Positions 23,062-32,000 of a stretch of DNA of 32,000 bases are shown piece after piece. The notes below the pieces were generated by a model. That model had not been told where the DNA came from. It was given only the letters and a program-made list of their open reading frames with translations, and ran no database searches. The stretch is taken from positions 2,310,001-2,342,000 of the forward strand of contig NC_014033.1 in the NCBI RefSeq assembly GCF_000025925.1, read 5' to 3'. Position numbers and translations under genes: made by a program. The stretch comes from Xylanibacter ruminicola 23. Its GTDB lineage: Bacteria; Bacteroidota; Bacteroidia; Bacteroidales; Bacteroidaceae. The stretch's first letter is position 1. The number at the start of each line of letters is the position of its first letter.

Positions 23062-23069
23062 TATCTTTG
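23062..23069 (+). promoter_or_regulatory. -7 promoter box (TAtcTTTG) for the DJ-1/ispD/recG unit
   Basis: The context is ttgtatctttgcc, 31 nt upstream of ATG 23100. Confidence 0.55.
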
Positions 23070-23099
23070 CCGTCAGAATAACAAATTATCGAGAATATT

Positions 23100-23672
23100 A
23101 TGGCAAAAGTTTATGTTTTCCTAGCAGAAGGTTTCGAGGATGTAGAGGCCTTGATTCCTATAGATGTATTACGTCGTGGAGGTGTTGATGTAACCACCGT
23201 TAGCATCTCTGAATTTCCTTTGGTAACGTCGGCCCACGGCGTGAATATCGAAGCTGATATTCTGTTTGAGCAGGGCGAGTTCGATAATGCCGACCTGCTG
23301 ATGCTGCCAGGTGGTATGCCAGGCGCCAGCAACCTGTTCAACCATTCTGGTTTGTGCGAAGCCCTGAAGGCTCAGTACCAGGCAGGCAAGAAGATATCTG
23401 CCATCTGTGCTGCTCCAGGCGTAGTACTCGCCCCACTGGGTATTCTGGAGGGCAAGCAGGCTACTTGCTATCCAGGCTTTGAGAAAGCATTAGCCGAGAA
23501 TGGTGCCCGCTATACAGGCGATTTGGTAACCGTAGATAGTAACATCACCACTGCCGAGGGTCCTGCAGCAGCTTTCCCCTACGCCTACGAACTGCTCGGA
23601 CAGTTGGTTGACAAGCAAACTGCCGACCAGATTGCCGAGGGTATGCGCTTTAAACATTTAATGCAGAAATAA
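23100..23672 (+). CDS. DJ-1/PfpI (ThiJ/YajL-like) family protein
   Basis: The 190-aa ORF has the nucleophile elbow AICAAP and the motifs [19 protein letters not shown] and LPGGMPGA. Confidence 0.85.
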   Translation: MAKVYVFLAEGFEDVEALIPIDVLRRGGVDVTTVSISEFPLVTSAHGVNIEADILFEQGEFDNADLLMLPGGMPGASNLFNHSGLCEALKAQYQAGKKISAICAAPGVVLAPLGILEGKQATCYPGFEKALAENGARYTGDLVTVDSNITTAEGPAAAFPYAYELLGQLVDKQTADQIAEGMRFKHLMQK

Positions 23673-24334
23673 TGGATTATATTATCATAGTAGCAGGCGG
23701 TAAGGGCTTGCGCATGGGGTCGGACATCCCCAAGCAGTTTCTGCCCATTGGTGGCAAGCCCGTACTGATGCGCACACTGGAGCGATTCCGCGAGTACTCT
23801 AAGGACATCCAGATTATTCTGGTATTACCCGAAGCCCAGCAGGCCTATTGGCATCAGCTGTGCCAGGAGTACCATTTTGATGTGGAGTACACCTTAGCCA
23901 ATGGCGGACAAACACGCTTCCACTCAGTACAGAACGGACTGGCCAAGGTACCCGATGATGCTATCGGCGTGGTAGGTGTACACGATGGTGTGCGCCCCTT
24001 CCCCAGTATCGAGGTAATTCGTAACTGCTATACGACAGCAAGAGAAAAAAAGGCCGTCATTCCAGTCATCCCCGTTGTTGAGACCGTACGCCATCTGGAA
24101 GGCGACCAATCCAAAACAGTGCCTCGCGATGCCTATCGACTGGTGCAGACACCCCAGACCTTCGACATCCAACTGCTGAAGGCAGCCAATCGTCAGCCCT
24201 ACAACGACGGTTTTACTGATGACGCCTCGGTAGTTGAAGCATTCGGCTACAACATTACCTTGGTAGAAGGCAACCGCGAAAACATCAAGATTACCACTCC
24301 CTACGATTTAAAAATCGCAGAGGTTCTTATATAA
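23672..24334 (+). CDS. ispD: 2-C-methyl-D-erythritol 4-phosphate cytidylyltransferase
   Basis: It has the N-terminal motif [28 protein letters not shown] and also VHDGVRPF and TPQTF. Its start overlaps the upstream stop by 1 nt. Confidence 0.9.
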   Translation: MDYIIIVAGGKGLRMGSDIPKQFLPIGGKPVLMRTLERFREYSKDIQIILVLPEAQQAYWHQLCQEYHFDVEYTLANGGQTRFHSVQNGLAKVPDDAIGVVGVHDGVRPFPSIEVIRNCYTTAREKKAVIPVIPVVETVRHLEGDQSKTVPRDAYRLVQTPQTFDIQLLKAANRQPYNDGFTDDASVVEAFGYNITLVEGNRENIKITTPYDLKIAEVLI

Positions 24335-26427
24335 TGGACATACTCAATCAGGATATCAAATACTTACCCGGCGTGGGACCTAACCGTAAGAAGATGCTGA
24401 GCAACGAGCTTGGCATTGAGAGTTACGGCGACCTGCTGGAGTACTACCCCTACAAATACGTCGACCGCTCGAAGGTGTACACCATCCACGAGCTTACGGG
24501 CGACATGCCGTTTGTACAGGTGGTAGGACATATCCTGAGTTTCGAGACCTTTCCGATGGGCCCGCGTAAGGAGCGCGTAGTGGCACACTTTACAGATGGC
24601 ACCGGCATCTGTGACCTTACCTGGTTTAATGGTGGCAAATACGCCAAACAGAATTATAAGATAGGTACCGAGTATCTGGTGTTTGGCAAACCCACTGTGT
24701 TTAACAACCGCATCAACTTCACCCATCCCGACCTGGATGATGCTTCTAAGGTTGATCTCACAGCGATGGGACTTCAGCCCTATTACAACACCACCGAGAA
24801 GATGAAGAAGAGCGGATTGAACTCGCGTGCCATCGAACGACTCACCAAGACGCTCATCGAGAAACTTCCGCCACAACCCGAAACCATCCCCGATTTTATC
24901 TACCAGCCCTTGCATCTGGTAGGTCGTGACTTCGCCCTGCGCACGGTACACTATCCACAGAACGCCAAGGACCTGGAGCGTGCCCGATTGCGTTTGAAGT
25001 TCGAGGAACTGTTTTTTATACAACTTAATATATTAAGGTACGCGAGCGATCAGCGTCGCAAGTTCCGTGGGTATGTATTCTCTACGGTAGGCGATGTATT
25101 CAACACTTTCTATAGTCAGTATCTGCCCTTCCCACTCACAGGTGCCCAGAAGCGTGTGATTAAGGAGATTCGCAAGGATATGGGTTCTGGCCGCCAGATG
25201 AACCGATTGTTGCAAGGTGATGTGGGTAGCGGTAAAACACTTGTGGCACTGATGTCAATGCTGATTGCCATCGATAACGGCTATCAGGCCTGTATCATGG
25301 CCCCAACCGAAATCCTGGCCGAACAGCATCTGCAAACCATCATGGGATTCCTCAAGGATATGAACCTGCGCGTAGCCCTGCTTACCGGTATGGTAAAGGG
25401 GAAACGTCGCGAAGAGGTGCTCGAAGGTCTGTTGGATGGTACCATCAACATTCTGGTGGGCACCCACGCTGTCATCGAGGATACTGTGCAGTTTGCCCGA
25501 TTAGGCTTTGTGGTGGTCGATGAGCAGCACCGCTTTGGTGTGGCCCAGCGCGCCAAGCTTTGGAGTAAGAGCACTAACCCACCCCACGTATTAGTGATGA
25601 CTGCCACGCCTATCCCACGCACCTTAGCCATGACTCTGTATGGCGATCTCGACGTGAGCATTATCGACGAGTTGCCTCCAGGCCGTAAGCCCGTACAAAC
25701 CACACATGTGTTTGATTCGCGTATGACGTCGCTCTACGATGGCATCCGTCGGCAGATTAACGAGGGCCGACAGGTTTACATCGTGTTCCCCCTGATCGAA
25801 GAGAGTGCCAAGAGCGACCTAAAGAACCTTGAAGATGGCTTTGAGGTACTGCGCGAAGCCTTCCCCGAGTTCCGGTTGAGTAAGGTACACGGACGTATGA
25901 AACCTAAGGACAAAGAGGAGGAGATGCAACGCTTTGTACGTGGTGAGACACAGATACTTGTGGCAACAACGGTGATCGAGGTAGGTGTGAATGTTCCTAA
26001 CGCCTCAGTCATGGTTATTCTCGAGGCCCAACGCTTCGGACTGGCCCAGTTGCACCAGCTCCGAGGTCGTGTAGGTCGAGGTGCCGACCAGTCGTATTGC
26101 ATTCTCGTCACTCCCTTCAAACTGAGCGAGGACACCCGCAAGCGTATCGACATTATGTGCGATACCAACGACGGTTTCCGTATAGCCGAGGCCGACCTGA
26201 AACTCCGTGGTCCTGGCGACCTGGAAGGCACCCAGCAGAGTGGTATGGCTTTCGATTTAAAGATTGCTGACATAGCCCGCGATGGACAGATTGTGCAGAT
26301 GGCCCGCGACGAGGCACAAAAGATTATTGACGAGGACCCAGAATGTAACTCTGAGAAATTCAGCATGTTATGGAACCGACTGCGCCAATTACGTAAAACA
26401 AATATTAATTGGGCGGCTATATCCTAA
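24334..26427 (+). CDS. recG: ATP-dependent DNA helicase RecG
   Basis: The 697-aa ORF has a wedge/OB N-terminal region and SF2 motifs: GDVGSGKT, DEQHRFGV, TATPIPRT and QLHQLRGRVGRG. Its start overlaps the ispD stop by 1 nt. Confidence 0.95.
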   Translation: MDILNQDIKYLPGVGPNRKKMLSNELGIESYGDLLEYYPYKYVDRSKVYTIHELTGDMPFVQVVGHILSFETFPMGPRKERVVAHFTDGTGICDLTWFNGGKYAKQNYKIGTEYLVFGKPTVFNNRINFTHPDLDDASKVDLTAMGLQPYYNTTEKMKKSGLNSRAIERLTKTLIEKLPPQPETIPDFIYQPLHLVGRDFALRTVHYPQNAKDLERARLRLKFEELFFIQLNILRYASDQRRKFRGYVFSTVGDVFNTFYSQYLPFPLTGAQKRVIKEIRKDMGSGRQMNRLLQGDVGSGKTLVALMSMLIAIDNGYQACIMAPTEILAEQHLQTIMGFLKDMNLRVALLTGMVKGKRREEVLEGLLDGTINILVGTHAVIEDTVQFARLGFVVVDEQHRFGVAQRAKLWSKSTNPPHVLVMTATPIPRTLAMTLYGDLDVSIIDELPPGRKPVQTTHVFDSRMTSLYDGIRRQINEGRQVYIVFPLIEESAKSDLKNLEDGFEVLREAFPEFRLSKVHGRMKPKDKEEEMQRFVRGETQILVATTVIEVGVNVPNASVMVILEAQRFGLAQLHQLRGRVGRGADQSYCILVTPFKLSEDTRKRIDIMCDTNDGFRIAEADLKLRGPGDLEGTQQSGMAFDLKIADIARDGQIVQMARDEAQKIIDEDPECNSEKFSMLWNRLRQLRKTNINWAAIS

Positions 26428-26477
26428 AACTATGTTAACTTGTGCTGTTATCGCGCACGTAGTTTAAAAAAAATTAC

Positions 26478-26485
26478 TACCTTTG
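26478..26485 (+). promoter_or_regulatory. -7 promoter box (TAccTTTG) for the NlpC/P60 gene
   Basis: The context is tactacctttgcag, 32 nt upstream of ATG 26517. Confidence 0.55.
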
Positions 26486-26516
26486 CAGCAGAAATCTTTT
26501 TCTATTGCAAACCATT

Positions 26517-27065
26517 ATGAAGAAATTGTTTATATTTGCCCTGATGTTGATGCTTTCTATGAGCGACCTCGCTCTTGGAAAGGTTAACCCTGACCAGGCT
26601 CCAGACGAGGAGGAGATTGGCAACTTCGACTTCATTTATGGAACACAAGACGATTTGAACGAGGCATTCGAGAAGACCGAGATGATTATGAGCGAGGCTT
26701 TCTCACACATGGGTGCCCGCTACCGCTCAGGTGGTAAAGGTCCAAGCGCTTTCGACTGCTCTGGCTTTACCAGCTATGTTTACAAGCAGCAAACCGATTT
26801 GTTTATCGGTGCTTCATCAAGAGATCAGTATGCACGCAATATCCCCATCACCCGCGATGAGTTGCAGAGTGGCGACCTGGTATTCTTTACCAGTCCACGT
26901 TCTGGTCGAGGTGTTGGCCATGTAGGTATCGTGGTTGATGTAGATCCCATCAACAATACATTTACCTTCATTCACGCCAGTACCAATAACGGTATTACTA
27001 TCAACAGTTCTACCGACTCGGGTTACGCCCGTCGTTACATCGGTGCACGTAGAGTGCAGCAGTAA
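26517..27065 (+). CDS. NlpC/P60 (C40) family cell-wall peptidase
   Basis: It has a signal peptide from ATG 26517 (MKKLFIFALMLMLSMS). The catalytic Cys motif FDCSGFTSYVY, the His motif GHVGIVV and FIHAS are present. Confidence 0.85.
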   Translation: MKKLFIFALMLMLSMSDLALGKVNPDQAPDEEEIGNFDFIYGTQDDLNEAFEKTEMIMSEAFSHMGARYRSGGKGPSAFDCSGFTSYVYKQQTDLFIGASSRDQYARNIPITRDELQSGDLVFFTSPRSGRGVGHVGIVVDVDPINNTFTFIHASTNNGITINSSTDSGYARRYIGARRVQQ

Positions 27066-27178
27066 ACGGAAATCGACACATTTAGCCATATTAACCTGAA
27101 AAAACAACAAAATATCGGCGAAAGTGTTAAAAGTGAACAAAAAACACCAATATATTTCCGTTTTTCATGCAATATTAG

Positions 27179-27186
27179 TACCTTTG
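27179..27186 (+). promoter_or_regulatory. -7 promoter box (TAccTTTG) for the M23 peptidase gene
   Basis: The context is agtacctttgcacc, 40 nt upstream of ATG 27226. Confidence 0.55.
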
Positions 27187-27225
27187 CACCGGATTTTTTA
27201 ATTTGATATTAACTCAACTAAGTAT

Positions 27226-28161
27226 ATGAACATTAAAAGCTTTAAGAAAATAGCTGTTTTGGCATTCTCAGTTTTTGTTGCAGCCCCCGCGTCTGCACAG
27301 GATCTGTTGGCTAAGCAGGCACCAGTCGATCGCAAGATGAAGGCAGTCGACTCGATGGTTCTCAAGCGAATCATTGAGCAGGAGGAGAAGTACAACCCCT
27401 CAGCCGACCTCTACGAAGACTGGAATAATGTATATGCCCACCGCGAAACAGTACTCCCCGACTCATTCCGTATCGACCTGAGAGGTTTCCACATGCCTAC
27501 CGATAGCCGTGTGCTCACCTCAAACTTCGGCGCACGTTGGGGACGTCAGCACAAGGGCCTCGACATCAAAGTATATATTGGTGATACCATCCGCGCCGCC
27601 TTCAGCGGTAAGATCCGTATCGTAAAATATGAGCCTAAGGGTTATGGTAAGTACGTAGTTATCCGCCACCACAATGGTCTGGAGACTATCTATGGTCACA
27701 TGTCAAAGCACCTGGTAGTTGAGAATCAGGAGGTTAAGGCTGGTGATCCTATCGGATTGGGTGGTAACACTGGTCGTAGTACTGGTTCACACCTGCACTT
27801 CGAGACACGTCTTTGCGGTGTAGCCCTGAACCCAGCTCTGCTGTTCGACTTCCGCAATCAGGATGTTGTAGGCGATTTCTACATGTTCCGTCGCAGCAAG
27901 TACGCTGCTGAGTCGGCTATGGCCACTCGTCTGCGTGGTGTTGGTGGTGTAACCGCTGGCGATAACGATCAGGACGACGAGCTCGAGATTGCAACAGCCC
28001 CACGTACATCATCTAATGTACACTTCCACAAGGTTAAGAAGGGCGATACCCTGCAGGCCATTGCCCGCAAGCATCACACCACGATTGCTAAGCTCTGCGA
28101 GCTGAACCACATCGGCAAGAACATACGCTTGCGCCCAGGACAAATTTTGAAATACAACTAA
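27226..28161 (+). CDS. M23 family metallopeptidase with a C-terminal LysM domain
   Basis: It has a signal peptide and the M23 motifs HKGLDI and [14 protein letters not shown]. The LysM segment is [29 protein letters not shown]. Confidence 0.85.
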   Translation: MNIKSFKKIAVLAFSVFVAAPASAQDLLAKQAPVDRKMKAVDSMVLKRIIEQEEKYNPSADLYEDWNNVYAHRETVLPDSFRIDLRGFHMPTDSRVLTSNFGARWGRQHKGLDIKVYIGDTIRAAFSGKIRIVKYEPKGYGKYVVIRHHNGLETIYGHMSKHLVVENQEVKAGDPIGLGGNTGRSTGSHLHFETRLCGVALNPALLFDFRNQDVVGDFYMFRRSKYAAESAMATRLRGVGGVTAGDNDQDDELEIATAPRTSSNVHFHKVKKGDTLQAIARKHHTTIAKLCELNHIGKNIRLRPGQILKYN

Positions 28162-28173
28162 AAAAATATCAGG

Positions 28174-28202
28174 AATCCCGTCAAGTTGACGGGATTTTTT
28201 TT
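28174..28202 (+). terminator. Rho-independent terminator of the M23 gene
   Basis: A perfect 9-bp GC-rich stem pairs aatcccgtc (28174-28182) with gacgggatt (28188-28196) around a 5-nt loop, followed by a T8 run. Confidence 0.8.
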
Positions 28203-28223
28203 GGTATATTGCTCACTTATTTG

Positions 28224-28231
28224 TATATTTG
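28224..28231 (+). promoter_or_regulatory. -7 promoter box (TAtaTTTG) for the DUF853 gene
   Basis: The context is ttgtatatttgcg, 26 nt upstream of ATG 28257. It lies inside the N-terminal extension of the track ORF, which argues for the 28257 start. Confidence 0.55.
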
Positions 28232-28256
28232 CGCCATAAACTTAAAACAAAAGCGT

Positions 28257-29831
28257 ATGTACGACAAGGAAAGAGGGCTTTACATAGCCCACTGCTCTAA
28301 CGGAGCACTGAGTATTACAGGTAAGATGGCCAACCGTCATGGTTTGATTGCTGGTGCCACAGGTACAGGTAAAACCGTTACCCTGCAGGTGATGGCCGAG
28401 ACCTTCTGCCAGGCAGGTGTACCCTGCTTCATGGCCGATATGAAGGGCGACCTCTCGGGTATCTCGCAGACTGGTAAGCTGAGCGGCTTTATCGAGAAGC
28501 GCATGCCCGAATTTGGCATCGAGAATCCTGAGTTCCAGAGTTGTCCTGTACGCTTCTTCGATGTATTTGGCGAACAAGGACATCCCATGCGTGCCACCAT
28601 CTCACAGATGGGTCCACAGTTGCTCAGTCGTCTGCTCGACCTGAACGAGACACAGGATGGCGTACTGAACATCGTGTTCCGCATTGCCGACGAGCGCGGA
28701 CTGCTGATTCTCGACCTGAAAGACCTGCGCGCCATGCTCGACTATGTATCGCAGCATGCCAAGGAGTACACCACTAAATATGGTAATATCTCAACTGCTT
28801 CGGTAGGCGCCATCCAGCGCGCCCTGTTGCAGTTGGAGAACCAAGGCGCCAACCAGTTCTTTGGCGAGCCCTCGTTCGACATCTTCGACCTGATGCAGAC
28901 CGAAGGTGGCAAGGGTATCATGAATGTGCTGGCTGCCGATAAGTTGATGATGCAGCCCAAGTTGTACTCTACATTCCTGTTGTGGCTTTTGAGCGAGCTC
29001 TACTCTACCCTCCCCGAGGTAGGCGACATGCCGCTGCCTAAGTTGGTATTCTTCTTCGACGAGGCACACATGCTGTTCGACGGCACATCAAAGGCATTGC
29101 TCGATAAGATTGAGCAGGTTATCCGTTTGATTCGTTCAAAGGGCGTGGGTATCTACTTTATTACCCAGAGTCCTACCGATATCCCCGAAAACATCCTCGG
29201 ACAGTTAGGCAACCGTGTGCAGCATGCCCTGCGTGCTTACACACCAAAGGATCAGAAGGCTGTTAAGACCGCTGCCGACACGTTCCGTCCTAACCCAGCA
29301 TTTAAAACCGACGAGGCCATCATGAACCTGGAGACAGGCGAGGCGCTTGTTAGTTTCCTCGACGAGAAGGGTGCACCCACCATTGTTGAGCGCGCCAAGA
29401 TTCTGTTCCCGCTCTCGCAGATTGGTGCCATCACCGAGGGGCAGCGTCTCGATATCATCAAGCAGAGTCGCATCTATGGTAAGTACGACACACCAGTGGA
29501 TCGCGAGAGTGCCTTCGAGGTACTGATGGCCGAAGCCGATCGCGCCCTGCAGGAACAGGAGCAGACCGAAGTTGAGGTTCCACAGCCTGAAGCTAAGGCC
29601 GAGAAAAAGAAGTCGGGTATACTGGCAAAGGTAGGAAAGGCCATTCTGACTGCCATCACCTCTACCCTGGCAGCTATGTTAGGCACCTACGTAAGCGATA
29701 AGGTAACGGGTAAGAAAACCAAGAGTCGCACCTCGGCAAAAGGTCGCGTAGTGAAAAACGCCACCAGTGCCGCTACCCGAACCATTACCAAGGAACTTAC
29801 AAGAGACATCCTTGGTAACCTGATTAAGTAA
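28257..29831 (+). CDS. DUF853/YjgR-like HerA-FtsK-type P-loop ATPase
   Basis: It has Walker A GATGTGKT near the N-terminus, Walker [13 protein letters not shown] and [28 protein letters not shown]-terminal basic/hydrophobic tail follows. Confidence 0.8.
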   Translation: MYDKERGLYIAHCSNGALSITGKMANRHGLIAGATGTGKTVTLQVMAETFCQAGVPCFMADMKGDLSGISQTGKLSGFIEKRMPEFGIENPEFQSCPVRFFDVFGEQGHPMRATISQMGPQLLSRLLDLNETQDGVLNIVFRIADERGLLILDLKDLRAMLDYVSQHAKEYTTKYGNISTASVGAIQRALLQLENQGANQFFGEPSFDIFDLMQTEGGKGIMNVLAADKLMMQPKLYSTFLLWLLSELYSTLPEVGDMPLPKLVFFFDEAHMLFDGTSKALLDKIEQVIRLIRSKGVGIYFITQSPTDIPENILGQLGNRVQHALRAYTPKDQKAVKTAADTFRPNPAFKTDEAIMNLETGEALVSFLDEKGAPTIVERAKILFPLSQIGAITEGQRLDIIKQSRIYGKYDTPVDRESAFEVLMAEADRALQEQEQTEVEVPQPEAKAEKKKSGILAKVGKAILTAITSTLAAMLGTYVSDKVTGKKTKSRTSAKGRVVKNATSAATRTITKELTRDILGNLIK

Positions 29832-30392
29832 TTAAAGATATTCACAAACAGTATAAATATACCGCTGTCGCTCGACGGTGGTATATTTATATTTGGTGGA
29901 GTTGATCAGGGATTTCACATCGTGAGTGATGCCAGTGCCGACAAGCTTGGCAGTGGCCTCTTTCATCGTCCAAAAGCGGATGAAAGTGGCTTCGGGATTA
30001 TCTGACCTTGACATTTCAGCTTTCTCCTCATCGTTCATGGTGTAGTTTACCAGGCTATCCTTGAATTCGCGGATACACTCCACATCTACGCCAACGGGCT
30101 TATCGCTGATGACACAGATGGCAGCCTCCTTGCAATGACTCAGATTAAAATATATCTTCGGATGGCCCACAATGCTGGGTTTGCCGTGCTCGTTATAGTC
30201 GAAGATGGGATTATCGGTGATGCCATACTCCTGGCGTAAGCCCTCCTTCAACAGCTGGTAGGCCAGCACGCACAAACGCTGCCCCTGTTCGTGTTTAAAC
30301 TTCAGGGCCTGCTCGCGGCGCTGCTCCGAAATCTCAGCCAATGCCGCTTGCAAGTCAAAATCCCATATCTTCTCGCTTATATATACTCCCAT
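29832..30392 (-). CDS. 4'-phosphopantetheinyl transferase, Sfp-type
   Basis: It has the motifs GKPSI, FNLSHCKEAAICVIS, VGVDVE and FWTMKEATAK. ATG 30392 (MGVYISEK) is preferred over the TTG at 30410. Confidence 0.8.
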   Translation of the reverse strand: MGVYISEKIWDFDLQAALAEISEQRREQALKFKHEQGQRLCVLAYQLLKEGLRQEYGITDNPIFDYNEHGKPSIVGHPKIYFNLSHCKEAAICVISDKPVGVDVECIREFKDSLVNYTMNDEEKAEMSRSDNPEATFIRFWTMKEATAKLVGTGITHDVKSLINSTKYKYTTVERQRYIYTVCEYL

Positions 30393-30403
30393 TTTCTTTT
30401 TTT

Positions 30404-30553
30404 TTAGCAATGTCTTTCATACGAAACACCCAATTCGTCAAGTTCTATACATAGAGCATTTTCATATACAGACTCTAAGAAACCTGTCCCTAAAGTACTT
30501 AAGACTGTAAAATATGCCTTTAGTATCTTCCCTGATAGTTCTTCGTATAACAT
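30404..30553 (-). pseudogene. Truncated GxxExxY-family (PD-(D/E)XK-like) gene remnant; only about 49 N-terminal codons
   Basis: From ATG 30553 the translation is MLYEELSGKILKAYFTVLSTLGTGFLESVYENALCIELDELGVSYERHC*. It contains the signature G-F-L-E-S-V-Y, but full-length family members are about 120-130 aa. The longer track ORF (to 30643) overlaps the rmuC 3' end. Confidence 0.55.
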
Positions 30554-30554
30554 A

Positions 30555-30585
30555 AATCCTAAAATCCTGTAGTCCGTTGCTAAAA
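30555..30585. repeat. Second copy of the REP-like repeat (single arm)
   Basis: The sequence aatcctaaaatcctgtagtccgttgctaaaa matches the reverse complement of 13771-13800 at 24 of 26 core positions. It lies between the rmuC stop (30588) and the GxxExxY remnant ATG (30553). Confidence 0.8.
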
Positions 30586-30587
30586 AA

Positions 30588-31889
30588 TCATTCAATACCA
30601 ATCTCAGGTGTGGGGATTTTACGGTTTGGATTCTCCTTGGCACCTAGGGTGATTAGTTCTTGGGCTTTTTGGGTGACGCTTTGACGACCAGTTATCAACT
30701 TGTTATTGGTGTTGTCGTAAGCCTTCTGCACAGCCTCAATCTTACTACCCAGGTCGTTATAGCGCTGCACAAAGTCGCCTAAGCGATCCAACAACTGCTC
30801 AGCCAAGCCAAATACTTTCTCCTGATTCTCGGCCTGCTGGTTCTGCACCCAGGCAATGTGTATCATGTGCAGAATGCCCAACAGGTTCTGCTCGCCCGTT
30901 ACAAACACCTTCTTTTCGAAAGCCTCGCGCCACAACGTAGGATCATTGGCCAATGCCAACTGCAGCGATGACTCGAAGGGTACGAACATAATCACGAAAT
31001 CAATCACATCGCGACCATTCTTCACATACTTCGAGTAGTCCTTACGTGCCAACTCGTTTACATGCTGACGCACACTCTTGATGTGGTCCTGCAGGTAACG
31101 CTCCTTATCCTCGGGTGTCTCGGCATTCACGTATTTCTCGTAGGCTACCAACGATACCTTCGAATCGATGATAGCATCCTGCCCCTGTGGGTAATGCAGA
31201 ATCACGTCGGGCTGCATCTCGCGACCGGTCTCATCGTGTTTCATGGGACGTCCGAGTTCATCGCGCAAACGGGCCTGCACCTCGTAGTGGATGCCCTCCG
31301 TCAGACCCTGACTATTCAGCAGGTCGCCCAGAATAATCTCGCCCATGTTACCACTCACCTTGTTATCGCGTCGCAGCACATTCGTCAAGTTTTCAGCCTT
31401 CTCACCCAGTTGCTGCGTTTGTTGCATCATCAGCAGCATCTGCTCACGAAACGAAGCCGAATGGGCTGCGCTCTCCTTTTGGTTTTCACTGATAGCCTTC
31501 TGCATGTTGGCGATAGCATCCTTCAATGGTTGCGTGATGCCAGATATTGTTTCGGTATTCGACTGCTTCAGTTTCTGGGCACTCTGCTCCAGCAGTTGCT
31601 GAGCCATATTCTTAAAGCGCTCCTCATGGCGCTGCGACTCTTCAGCCATCTGCTGATGCAGCAACTGCAACTCTCGCATCTGAGCTTCGGCACGTGCATG
31701 CAACTCACGGTTCTCACCCTCCAAGTGGCGCACTCTGCTGGTGCTCTCTGCCAACTGCTCATTCTTCAGTTTCAGCTCCATGCCAGTTTTGCCACCCTCT
31801 ATACGGAGGTGATCCATTTTGCGATCCATCAGCAGGTAAAGCGCTACAGCACCCACTGCGATACCTATTATAATATAAAGTACAATCAT
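30588..31889 (-). CDS. rmuC: DNA recombination protein RmuC
   Basis: The 433-aa ORF has an N-terminal TM helix, a long Q/E/L-rich coiled coil and an RmuC C-terminal domain (DVILHYPQGQDAIIDSKVSL, FVIMFVP). Confidence 0.9.
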   Translation of the reverse strand: MIVLYIIIGIAVGAVALYLLMDRKMDHLRIEGGKTGMELKLKNEQLAESTSRVRHLEGENRELHARAEAQMRELQLLHQQMAEESQRHEERFKNMAQQLLEQSAQKLKQSNTETISGITQPLKDAIANMQKAISENQKESAAHSASFREQMLLMMQQTQQLGEKAENLTNVLRRDNKVSGNMGEIILGDLLNSQGLTEGIHYEVQARLRDELGRPMKHDETGREMQPDVILHYPQGQDAIIDSKVSLVAYEKYVNAETPEDKERYLQDHIKSVRQHVNELARKDYSKYVKNGRDVIDFVIMFVPFESSLQLALANDPTLWREAFEKKVFVTGEQNLLGILHMIHIAWVQNQQAENQEKVFGLAEQLLDRLGDFVQRYNDLGSKIEAVQKAYDNTNNKLITGRQSVTQKAQELITLGAKENPNRKIPTPEIGIE

Positions 31890-31914
31890 AAGTCGTATTG
31901 TTTTTATTTTGCTG

Positions 31915-31922
31915 CAAAATTA
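31915..31922 (-). promoter_or_regulatory. -7 promoter box (TAatTTTG) for rmuC
   Basis: The plus strand reads caaaatta, which is taattttg on the minus strand, 26 nt upstream of ATG 31889. Confidence 0.55.
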
Positions 31923-31957
31923 AGCAATTTCTTCGTAATAAGGACCAAATGAACCTA

Positions 31958-31965
31958 TAATTTTG
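31958..31965 (+). promoter_or_regulatory. -7 promoter box (TAatTTTG) for a plus-strand gene starting at the window edge
   Basis: The context is tataattttgcac. An ATG at 31976 opens a frame that runs off the window and is too short to call. Confidence 0.4.
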
Positions 31966-32000
31966 CACAAAAAAAATGTGCATTCATTCGTTTTTCGAAA

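Noticed and set aside
24364-26366. Several long minus-strand ORFs inside recG (24364-25023, 25284-25703, 25776-26366).
   Set aside because: They are all antisense to a gene with complete SF2 helicase motifs. Their Arg/Ser-rich composition is typical of shadow frames.
27066-27166. Long-range pairing acggaaat (27066-27073) with atttccgt (27154-27161), followed by a T-run after the NlpC/P60 gene.
   Set aside because: The 8-bp stem closes an A-rich loop of about 80 nt in which I could find no convincing internal structure. It may act as a weak terminator, but I cannot support an ncRNA or riboswitch call.
30401-30414. A possible third, inverted copy of the REP-like repeat (tttttagcaatgtc).
   Set aside because: Only the T-run plus tagcaa match and the conserved CGGAC core is not preserved. 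This is too weak to count as a copy, so I mention it only as a caveat.
30554-30643. An N-terminal extension of the 79-aa track ORF (MPRRIQTVKSPHLRLVLNDFLATDYRILGF...).
   Set aside because: It overlaps the rmuC 3' end and runs through the repeat element. Family similarity begins only at the internal Met (30553).
31062-31952. A 296-aa plus-strand ORF.
   Set aside because: It is antisense to the coiled-coil region of rmuC. Its L/Q/H-rich low-complexity sequence is what the reverse complement of E/K/Q/L codons produces.
1-32000. A search for CRISPR arrays, rRNA and tRNA genes.
   Set aside because: I saw no regularly spaced 25-40-bp repeats with unique spacers, no cloverleaf-compatible segment of about 75 nt in the intergenic regions, and no rRNA-like sequence.

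Overview
The window looks like a chromosomal segment of a Bacteroidota genome, probably a Prevotella-like Bacteroidales. Most transcription units are preceded by the Bacteroides-type -7 promoter box TAnnTTTG, and no Shine-Dalgarno sites are evident. I support about 31 protein-coding genes and one gene remnant. They are mostly housekeeping or envelope functions: rplS, a purH-like AICAR transformylase, nadK, ispD, recG, rmuC, a DJ-1 family protein, an Sfp-type PPTase, GH53 and GH3 glycosidases, NlpC/P60 and M23-LysM peptidases, a split 5'-nucleotidase and a PorT-like OMP. Nine genes form one minus-strand array (8732-17426): a YtrA-type GntR/ABC module directly upstream of a MacAB-TolC-like efflux set. 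I saw no rRNA, tRNA, CRISPR, transposase or integrase. Two small genes missing from the ORF track were found by reading the sequence: a 55-aa 2x[4Fe-4S] ferredoxin (2560-2727, minus) and a 50-aa ORF with its own promoter (5797-5949, minus). The most unusual region is the 568-bp intergenic stretch 17427-17994. It holds two triplets of palindromic sites, each at an exact 22-bp period, followed by a 186-bp inverted repeat around a 97% A+T palindromic core. Directly downstream is an orphan 470-aa P-loop protein with a winged-helix-like C-terminus. I interpret this as a candidate replication-origin or partition-like module; that is a hypothesis, not a demonstrated function. Other observations include a REP-like hairpin repeat shared by two loci (one next to a truncated GxxExxY gene), two short tandem repeats, and a domain-swapped split nucleotidase. 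All homology calls come from motif recognition by eye; no database search was possible.
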